Source: an uncultured Flavobacteriales bacterium (GTDB taxonomy: Bacteria; Bacteroidota; Bacteroidia; Flavobacteriales_F; PHOS-HE28). Taken from it: a DNA stretch of 64,000 nucleotides. The notes under the pieces are model-generated. The model searched no databases, was not told the origin of the DNA, and worked only from the letters and a program-made list of their open reading frames with translations. The stretch spans positions 306,880 through 370,879 of the forward strand of contig CAWFCK010000001.1 in the NCBI GenBank assembly GCA_963814325.1. Reading direction: 5' to 3'. Position numbers and translations under genes: made by a program. This document shows positions 54,925 to 64,000 of this stretch, piece after piece. Each line of letters opens with the position of its first letter. The first letter of the stretch is position 1.

Positions 54925-55394
54925 ATGAGACGAAAGGCTGCATGGCTAGCTGCATTACTGGTGGCGTGTGTCAGTGGGTGGATGCTCCTTCGCGCTCCAG
55001 GTCATGTGGAGCCTTCCCGCGACCTTCTGATCGGCCGATGGGAAGAAACACATTCGGATGGATCGGCAATCCGGTGGGAGTTCTCGCCTGATCTGCAGCT
55101 TCTCGCGGACCATCGGTGACAGCGAGGCCAAAACCACAACTGGTAGGTGGTCCGAAAAGTCCCAGTTCCTTATCCCTAACATTTGACTCCGGAAAGCAAA
55201 GGGTGGAGGCAGGCGGCGCGAGAATGGTCCTCTCGCTTGAGTTCTTCCAACCGTGGCCAAATCGGAATCAAAGGAACGATGTCCCCGATTCGGCGGCTCT
55301 AAGAGCTTCGCCCTTGAGCCTGCATGAAGCCAAGCCATTATTCTTTGGTGCGATCCGACCGGAGCCCGACACCGTCCACGGGATGAAGTTTTAG
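54925..55394 (+). CDS. Hypothetical small exported protein (frameshifted)
   Basis: MRRKAAWLAALLVACVSGWMLLRAPG...GRWEETHSDGSAIRWEFSPDLQL continues in other frames (TTTGRWSEKSQF / LSLTFDSGKQRVEAGGARMVLSLEFFQPWP...) to the stop at 55394. Confidence 0.35.
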
Positions 55395-55570
55395 GAGGCG
55401 GTCAAGTCCGTGTTCGGAAACGGGCGCCAGTTTGAGGCTGGACTTTCCCCGCCGTCCCGTAGGGTCGTGAAATTGCGATGGCACCCCTCCAGGTGAGGGT
55501 TTGCTGCATTCCCACTACCGGGGTCTTCGAACGCCAGGCTATTGGGGCTATGATCCCTCCGGGATCACCT

Positions 55571-56016
55571 TTATCGCCTGAACTCCTCGGCAAGTTTCAA
55601 CATCTCTACCCGACTCGCCTTCCCCGATTCAATCGTGAAGAACAGGGTCTTGCCTTCCAGCCAGGAGATTGAATGCGTGTTCCCAGCCCCAGCGGGTCGC
55701 CGTAGAAGCAGAACTGTTTGCCCTGATTCCCCATAATGGCCTCACCCACTTTTTGAGGCCCATTTATATGCCAGGTAAGCCATGGCCGACTCTTCGATGG
55801 TAAGACGCCACCTTCGCTTGCCTTCAGCAAAGTACGCCCGTGCTTCGTAGATGGGAGTGCCTGTGGCTGGAAGATGTAGCTCCTCTCCTCGACGCTCGTA
55901 GGTTGGGGCCAGTCATCAGGCAGCGGCCACTTCTTAATTTCGCCCTTGAGTGCGCTCCATGATTTGACCGGTCGAACGTCGTATCCCAGCTTCCAAGGAT
56001 CGGGCCTGCCGGTCAT
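55571..56016 (-). CDS. Hypothetical protein (one frameshift near 55680)
   Basis: ORF 55606..56016 plus the shifted tail ...THSISWLEGKTLFFTIESGKASRVEMLKLAEEFRR* (stop at 55571..55573). No confident family. Confidence 0.4.
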
Positions 56017-56734
56017 CGGGTCTTTTGGTTCGCTGGACGAGCGGTTAACGGACTGCGCGATTGCCTCGCGAAGGGAGCCAGGGTGGGCGAACTACTTACG
56101 GCACTAGCCCAAGGCACTCCAGCGCCCGAGACCGGCGCAGCTCTTCCGCCACGTAATGATGGGCTGAATACATAAGTGAACACGGTGGGTGCGGTCCAGT
56201 CCTGCTGGTTAATGGTCAGCCTGATAGGTCGCTTCGTGGTGGGGTCGATTTCGCAGGTGAAGTCCCGCCGGTTGCTTCCTGCGGGGAAAGACCATGTGTA
56301 GACGAAACTCGTGGCGGCCTTCTGACTGCTAACGGGCTCTCCTGCGAGGAGCCCGAAGGGGTTCAGCATGTCGTTCGTCAAGGCGAAAAGGTTCGCGAGG
56401 CTTGGGGCCCCTTCCTGCGGTGCGGTCAGATCAGAATCGTTTCGTGACCCCGTCACCCGGCCGTCGAGGCGATCTGTGCTTGTTGGACATCGGCCCTACC
56501 ACGTCGATTTCGTACCGAAAAGGTGCGGCCGACCAGTTCGCTTCGTAGCTGTAGAAGCCCTTATGAGTGCCGGTGATGGAGACCCAGACACGGACATGCC
56601 CAGATGTGTCGGCCCTCCACGCCCGGACGACATCCTCCCATGCAGGAACAGCAGCCGACACGTTGATATTCTCGCCACATCCATAGAACGAGAGCGCAGA
56701 GCGCTAGACCGATGCTCCACCGCCGCTGTTTCAT
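56013..56734 (-). CDS. Hypothetical lipoprotein (frameshifted)
   Basis: My translation upstream of ORF 56431..56661 gives MKQRRWSIGLALCAL..FYGCGENINVSAAVPAWEDVV... (lipobox). It continues in ORF 56013..56456. Its stop overlaps the next gene's start (56013..56016). Confidence 0.4.
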
Positions 56735-56801
56735 GCGTTCATTGTACGAACTCGTAGTGCCCAGCCATCACTCATCTCTCACGCTGGTAGCCTTTCTCGT
56801 G

Positions 56802-57398
56802 ATGAGCAAAGAGGTAACCGGGCAAGCAGGGCGCATCATTCTCCTCAACGGAGCGTCAAGCTCAGGGAAGTTGACTCTTTGCGCGATGTCTCCAGGCGAA
56901 ACTCCCCGAGCCTTTCGGCACTACTCGATTGATCACCTCTTGGCGGTGCTGAACCTCCCGCATGATCGCATCTCAGCTGACCAGTTTCCGTGGCGCGAAC
57001 TCCGCCAGAGCTTCTTTGAGGGGTTTCATCGCAGTCTGCCCGCCTTTGCCTTGGCGGGAAACAACCTGATCGTGGAGCACATTGTCGAGTCCGCCGAGTG
57101 GATGGACCGGCTTGCTCATTTGCTTGAGGGCTTAGATGTGTTTTTTGTGGGTGTGCACTGCCCACTGGAAGAACTTGAGCGACGTGAACGGGAGCGGGGC
57201 GATCGCCGGCTTGGCGATGCGCGCAAGGACTTTGAGACGACGCACACATTTTGTTCCTATGATTTTGAGGTTCTGGGCAACAGAACCGCCGGAGACGAAT
57301 GCGCAAGTGATCATCGCCGCATGGCTGCAAAGGGACGCTCCAACCTCTTTTTCGCAGAACTGCAGCTTGAAGATGCTGACTCCACTCAGGTAACGTGA
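56802..57398 (+). CDS. Chloramphenicol-phosphotransferase-like (CPT family) P-loop kinase
   Basis: GRIILLNGASSSGK (P-loop) ... FFEGFHRSLPAFALAGNNLIVEHIV ... VFFVGVHCPLEELERRERERGDRRLGDARKDF ... YDFEV. This is collinear with the CPT family as I recall it. Confidence 0.65.
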   Translation: MSKEVTGQAGRIILLNGASSSGKLTLCAMSPGETPRAFRHYSIDHLLAVLNLPHDRISADQFPWRELRQSFFEGFHRSLPAFALAGNNLIVEHIVESAEWMDRLAHLLEGLDVFFVGVHCPLEELERRERERGDRRLGDARKDFETTHTFCSYDFEVLGNRTAGDECASDHRRMAAKGRSNLFFAELQLEDADSTQVT

Positions 57399-57419
57399 GA
57401 TGGAGTTGGAGTCAAACAC

Positions 57420-58122
57420 ATGAGAGGCCTCCATCGAGAAATCCACCGGGCACATCGGATCGGTTGGCTTCGAGCTGCAGTCTTGGGCGCGAACGACGGT
57501 GTCGTATCTGTTTCTAGTCTCGTAGTTGGCGTTGCTGCAAGTGGCGCACCTCAGTCCAACGTTATGCTGACCGGGATCGCCGGTTTGGTTGCCGGCAGTG
57601 TCGTCGATGGCTGCGGGTGAGTACATCTCGGTTCAATCGCAGCGTGCGGACACCGAGCAAGCAGACCTCGCCCGTGAGCGGCGTGAGTTGGCGGAGGAGC
57701 CTGAGAAAGGAGATCGACGAACTCACGGAGATCTACGTCAGCCGAGGCTTGGAAGCATCTTCTTGCTCGTCAGGTCGCGGAGCAGTTGACCGTCAGCGAT
57801 GCGCTGGGCACGCATGCGCGAGAGGAGCTGGGCATTACGGATACGCTCATGGCCCGGCCCATTCAAGCTTCTCTTGCATCCGCGGCAGCGTTCGCGGTTG
57901 GCGCTATCGTTCCGATTCTGGCTGCGATGTTGGCACCGGAGAGATCCTGTGGGCCTCGTCACGAGTGCGGCCACCATCGTGGGCCTGACCGCGCTCGGCT
58001 CACTGGCGGCCTATGCTGGAGGCGCCTCAATCTTAAAAGGAGCTATTCGGGTCACGTTTTGGGGAGCCTTGGCCATGGCGGTCACGGCCGGTGTCGGCAA
58101 GCTCATCGGCACGTCGGTTTAG
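57420..58122 (+). CDS. VIT1/CCC1-family iron/manganese transporter (frameshifted)
   Basis: WLRAAVLGANDGVVSVSSLVVGVAA...; MAAGEYISVQSQRD(A)TEQADLARERRELAEEPEKE..ELTEIYVSRGL; GITDTLMARPIQASLASAAAFAVGAIVPIL; AIRVTFWGALAMAVTAGVGKLIG. Confidence 0.8.
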
Positions 58123-58486
58123 CGCGGCGCCTTCTTCTTCGCCAAGTTGTTGACCACGTGCGTCGGACTATGGTCCGAATGAGCGACTCAGGCAGAAGCG
58201 TGTCGTGTCGGAACTGGACCGTCCCCTTCGATGTCTTGTAGTCCTTCAGGAGATCGAAGGAAACCTCCACCGTCGCCCCGGAAAGAAGGAACAGTGGTTC
58301 TTGAAAGCCGCAAAGCCAACTAGGTAGCCGTTCAGTTTGTAAACCGGAAATCCCGTAGCTGATGCACTCTTCCGCCTCGGGAACTTCGTCGCGGATGATC
58401 GCCCGAAGTTGCTCAAGAGTAGCCCTCGCGACCTCGGATTGAACTTGATCAAGGTAAGCATCGACGGTCGGAGCTGGCTCGTCCAT
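58119..58486 (-). CDS. DUF1801 (YdhG-like) domain protein (frameshifted)
   Basis: VDAYLDQVQSEVARATLEQLRAIIRDEVPEAEECISYGI; the alternate frame reads PVYKLNGYLVGFAAFKNHCSFFPG; then LKDYKTSKGTVQFRHDTLLPESLIRTIV. The shifted end HVVNNLAKKKAPR* has its stop at 58119. Confidence 0.65.
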
Positions 58487-58538
58487 CGCAGCGTTTTACC
58501 ATGATGGGCCCTCTCCTAAAGCGTGCCAGAATCCTTCT

Positions 58539-58858
58539 ATGGAGCAAACTTCCAGCCATTACTTGAAGTTCGTTGAGGCCTATCCGGAAGTTGGCGCGGC
58601 GTACCGCTCTTTGGCGAAGCCGCCGCCGCCGCCGGTCCGCTGGACAAGAAGACTGTGGCCCTGATCAAACTCGCGATGTCAATTGCATCGGCGCAAGAGG
58701 GAGCCACCCACTCCCATGCGCGTAAAGCCCTCGATGCGGGAGCCACTCATGAAGAAATCCGGCATGCCGTCATCCAAGGGGTTACAACCCTCGGCTTCCC
58801 AAGCATGATGCGCGGCCTCGCGTGGGTGGAGGACGTATTGAGCAAGACGGATTCTTGA
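58539..58858 (+). CDS. Carboxymuconolactone decarboxylase / AhpD-like family protein (one frameshift near 58615)
   Basis: MEQTSSHYLKFVEAYPEVGAAYRSL.. continues LDKKTVALIKLAMSIASAQEGATHSHARKALDAGATHEEIRHAVIQGVTTLGFPSMMRGLAWV. Confidence 0.7.
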
Positions 58859-58972
58859 GTTTGCCACCAGAGGCGCCGGATAGTTACCTTGCGCCTAATG
58901 ACCCATAAAGGGCAGGCATGTCCAGGATGCAACGCATTCATATATTTCGATGTGTTGTGGTATACTCGGATC

Positions 58973-59341
58973 ATGCCCGATCCTGATCTCTCGCAGATGT
59001 TCAGAGCCCTCGGAGACCCCACGCGCAAGCGGATATTTGAATTTCGTCGGCGATGTTGTCCCGTCGCGGTCGAAGAAACCGGCGATGTCCACCCGGTTCA
59101 AGGCGTGACGGTAGGCGAGGTGTGTTGCCACGTCACCGGCGTTGACAAGTTCAGTTCGACGATTTCCTTTCACATAAAGGAACTCCGCCTCGCGGGCTTG
59201 ATCCATGCGGAGAAGAATGGAAAATTCATGATTTGCGCCGCTCGCAGAGAGGCGATTGACGAACTGACGAACTACTTCCTGTCGCTCCCCAAGCCCGATT
59301 TGGCTTCGTGTGCACCCGTCGAGTTTCAAGGAAGTCCCTGA
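58973..59341 (+). CDS. arsR: ArsR/SmtB-family metalloregulator
   Basis: MFRALGDPTRKRIFEF...VGEVCCHVTGVDKFSSTISFHIKELRLAGLIHAEKNGKFMI; intact. Its stop overlaps the arsD ATG (TGATG). Confidence 0.8.
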   Translation: MPDPDLSQMFRALGDPTRKRIFEFRRRCCPVAVEETGDVHPVQGVTVGEVCCHVTGVDKFSSTISFHIKELRLAGLIHAEKNGKFMICAARREAIDELTNYFLSLPKPDLASCAPVEFQGSP

Positions 59342-59701
59342 TGAAATCACTTCAAATCTATGATCCAGCCATGTGCTGTTCCACCGGAGTTTGTGGGCGA
59401 AGCGTGGATCCGAACTCCTTAAGCTGGCCGCCGACGTCGCCTTTCTCAAGAGTCGTGGTGTGCAGGTTGAGCGTTTTAACCTGGGGCACCAGCCCGCGGC
59501 ATTCGTAGGTAATCCCCTGGTCGCTATCAGAAATGGGACCTGAAGCCGAGAACTTGCCGATCTTCGTCGTTGATGGAGAGGTCAAAGCAAAGGGGAACTT
59601 ACCCGGGCCGAGCAGAACTCGCTCGGTGGTTCGATCTTGACCTGGGTGTCACCGCAGACAAGCCGCGCGTCGAGCTCCGAATGTCCCAAGGAGACGACTG
59701 A
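59341..59701 (+). CDS. arsD: Arsenical resistance operon metallochaperone/repressor ArsD (frameshifted)
   Basis: MKSLQIYDPAMCCSTGVCG..SVDP (the hallmark N-terminus). After shifts: ELLKLAADVAFLKSRGVQVERFNLGHQPAAFVGNPLV and LPIFVVDGEVKAKGN.PG. Confidence 0.8.
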
Positions 59702-61415
<1,714 letters not shown>

Positions 61416-61427
<12 letters not shown>

Positions 61428-62468
61428 CTCACCCAGCGCTGCTGCTCCCGGCAGCAGCCGATGGTCGAAATCGAACAGGCAGAGATTCTCGCAAGGAGTC
61501 TCGATCCCTGGATGAGCCACGTATTCTGGAGCCCAAGACGACGCCGAGGCCCCGATTGTGGGGAACCGCTCGGCAACCGAGCTCATTGAGTTCGCGTAAG
61601 AAATTTGCCTGGCCGTCTGGGCTCGCGGGATATCCTGGCACGAGCTGCCATTCTGTCCCCACGAAGTTGCCCGTTTGATCCTTCCACCCGAGCGTAAACG
61701 GATATGCGGTTTCGACGATCATGACCGGCTTGAGGAACTTGGCAGCAAGGCCGTTCATATTCTCCCCGAGTTGGGGCAGCGTTCCATGCCACCAGGGATA
61801 GTAGGAAATCCCGATCCAATCGAACTGCACGCCCAGGTGCTTTGATCGGCGAAGAAGAACATGCACTCCCAGAATTTCCACCTTGATCGTGGTGGATCAT
61901 CACGCGCGTTTTGCGACCACCCTTAGCCGCGCGCACGCCTTCGACACCCGCTCTTAGAAGGGTTGCCAGAGGCGCAAGGTTGCGGGCAGATCTTCGCCCA
62001 AGCGGCCAAAGAATGCCGTTCCGAATCTCGTTTCCAACCTGGACCGAGTCCGCGGGTGTCCCTTGCGCCGCCAGCTTGTCAAGCGTCTCTTGAGTGTGCT
62101 TCTTGACTGCAGATGCCAACTCGCTTAGACTCAGCGACCGCCACGCTTCGGGTGTCGGTTGCTTCTGCGGGTCGGCCCAATCGTCGGCGTAGTGGAAGTC
62201 GATCAGCAAGTGCATCCCTAGCTTCCTGCCATCGCGCGCCAGTGCCAGGGTGCGCTCGACGGAGCAATACCCGTCCCTGGGGTTTCAGCCAAACACGCAG
62301 ACGCAGGAGTTTGCTTCCGGTTTGGGCGAGGGCATCGAGCGCATCGGTCTTCTGCTGCCCGACAAAGAACTCGGCTTTCAAATCACGATATTGCGGCACG
62401 AACGATGCATCGACACCGTTCAGCAGGGGGCGCGCGGCGGCAAACACTAGGGAAAGAGCGAGAATCAT
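61416..62468 (-). CDS. Glycoside hydrolase family 53 endo-beta-1,4-galactanase (frameshifted)
   Basis: GVDASFVPQYRDL...LLRLRVW; MHLLIDFHYADDWADPQKQPTPEAW; VQVGNEIRNGILWP; FDWIGISYYPWWHG; VMIVETAYPFT. The shifted end ...WAPEYVAHPG...NLCLFDFDHRLLPGAAALGELTN* has its stop at 61416 and overlaps the arsA 3' end by 12 nt. Confidence 0.8.
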
Positions 62469-62470
62469 GA

Positions 62471-64000
62471 CTAGCGCGGACCTCCAACTTGGATCAGCTT
62501 GCTTTTGAAGTTAAAAGCTCGTTTGCCCGAAATGCGGGTTACGGTGACCGCCGTCGAGCCGTCAGACCCCAACCTCAGCCAGCACGAATCGCCTGCTTCG
62601 TAATCGGAACGTCATCCCGTTCGTGGTACAGCAGACCGCTACCTGCTCCTGCCCCGTAATGCCGAACCAAAATCGCCGACTCGTCGTTCATCGTGGCGTG
62701 GCGGAACCTTCTTTCTGCCAGCGTCGGTATCAAGGCACCTTCCCGCACATAGACGGGAATCTTATCGAGGCAGGCGTGATGTCGATGGGTCTGCCATTGC
62801 CAGCCAGTTCACCCGTCTCGAAGTCGTACCAGTTCCCTTTGGGAGCCGAACCTTACGCGTCTTCTGGCCGGTGAGCATGGGCGCAACCAGCAGATCATCC
62901 CCCAGCAGGTACTGATCCATCTCCTCTCCACCATCGACGAGGGCCATCGGGCGGATTACGGGCAACCCCTCAAAATGATACTGGGCAAATGCCGTGTACA
63001 GATACGGCGAAGGCTTGTACGGAAGAGCATCGCCTTCTTATCGCCTCCTCGTATCCAGGAAAGCTCCAGGGTTTCGTGCCCGAAGACCATGCGTTGAGTT
63101 GGGCGATGTGCGAGACCGCCGCGGTTTGCATACGACGGACCCACTCTTCGCCGTCCTTCGCTTCGCGGGCTTCTGCGCACCAGAGCACGCCGGAATAGCC
63201 TGTACTCACCATGCCCGCGATGTACTCCCGATGGTCGTAAGTATCGCTATAGAGGGCGAAAGGAAATCGGCTCGCCGCCCCGTTAGAACCACGCACCAAG
63301 CCAAATGTCCGCTTGCCCTGAGCCCGAAACATCAAGTCCAGCTCCTTCTGCCAAAGCACACCGTAGATCTGCCGCATTCGAAGTCCTGAAAGTCCCGATG
63401 GGAAGGTCGCGTGATCAGGCCACAGCCAGTTGTCGAACCCGTCTACCTCGTCAATCTTGTAGCCACTCACCCCAACGTCCAGGTGTTCTTTCTTGAAATA
63501 GTCCCGACGATCTTCGCCGCGGCCGGTACCGCGAGGTCGGGAACGGGTCCCAGCCACACCATGTGCGAGCCAAAGTACTTTTCCAAGGGTGCGAAGACTG
63601 GGAGACTTCTCAGCAACGTAAGGGTTTGTCCAAAGGTTCCAGCCTAGGGGACCCCATCCTCACCGAGGTCCTTGATCAACTTCGCTGGATCGGGGAACCG
63701 CTCTTTGCTCCACTCAAAGGAGCATGGGTACGACTTCGATTGCCAACCCGGCTCCAGGCCGAGCACATCGAGCGGAAATCCACGCTTGCGAAACTCGGCG
63801 ACTTCCTCGGCAACTTGTGCTTGCGTGGCGAGAGAGGGGGTTCGGTGCCAAAATCCCAATGCCCACCGCGGCGGCAGAACTCCACCCCCGCAAAAGAGGT
63901 TGTAACTGCCGGCATCGCGTTCATCGCGGATGGCCCTTCAAACACCAGGACCTCCAAGCCGGGCCCTTGAACGTTTGCTTCCACGAACTCGGACGGGGGC
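62471..64000 (-). CDS. Glycoside hydrolase family 31 (alpha-glucosidase/xylosidase-like); 5' end beyond the window; frameshifted
   Basis: ALGFWHRTPSLATQAQVAEEVAEFRKRGFPLDVLGLEPGWQSKSYPCSFEWSKERFPDPAKLIKDL; GVSGYKIDEVDG...WPDHATFPSG; RFPFALYSDTYDHREYIAGMVSTGYSGVLW; MPVIRPMAL...YLLGDDLLVAPML...VRLPKG.WYDF; IPVYVREGALIPT. The stop at 62471..62473 lies 3 nt before the GH53 start. Confidence 0.75.

Overview
This is a high-GC segment (about 65-70% by eye up to ~53.9 kb, dropping to about 57-60% after that). It looks like Bacteroidota chromosome, based on several type-IX-secretion (T9SS) C-terminal sorting domains, a Bacteroidetes-type DnaK, a SiaB/SiaC-like pair and TAnnTTTG-type promoter boxes. 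All family names come from motif recognition by eye; no search was run.

Content in order:
- Two tandem giant secreted adhesin-like genes on the minus strand (1..4853, partial, and 5151..15689, about 3,500 aa once frames are joined).
- A convergent intergenic region filled with about 42-45 bp hairpin repeats that tightly enclose a small GIY-YIG nuclease gene.
- dnaK, a lipoprotein gene, panB and an RluA-like gene, then a second copy of the repeat array, then priA.
- A T9SS-sorted lysyl-oxidase-like protein.
- A TerB-ABC-ABC2 fusion transporter and a SiaC/SiaB-like pair.
- A methyltransferase and a ZIP transporter, followed by a six-gene translationally coupled membrane/wHTH/EEP operon.
- FMN reductase, a trypsin-like protease, NYN-LOTUS, yajQ, msrB, MgtC/DUF4010, an MsbA-like ABC exporter and small secreted proteins.
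- After a breakpoint at ~53.95 kb where two genes are truncated head-to-head, a lower-GC block with CPT-like kinase, VIT, DUF1801, an AhpD-like protein, arsR-arsD-arsA, GH53 and GH31.

No rRNA, tRNA, CRISPR array, transposase or integrase was recognised.

A dominant technical feature is that most conserved genes (dnaK, panB, priA, ABC transporters, arsA and others) are broken by single-nucleotide indels. CDS coordinates below therefore span the reconstructed gene across several ORF-track fragments.

The most unusual biology I can see is:
- the REP/BIME-like repeat arrays packed against a GIY-YIG gene;
- the lysyl-oxidase-like T9SS cargo;
- the six-gene coupled operon;
- the 53.95 kb junction.
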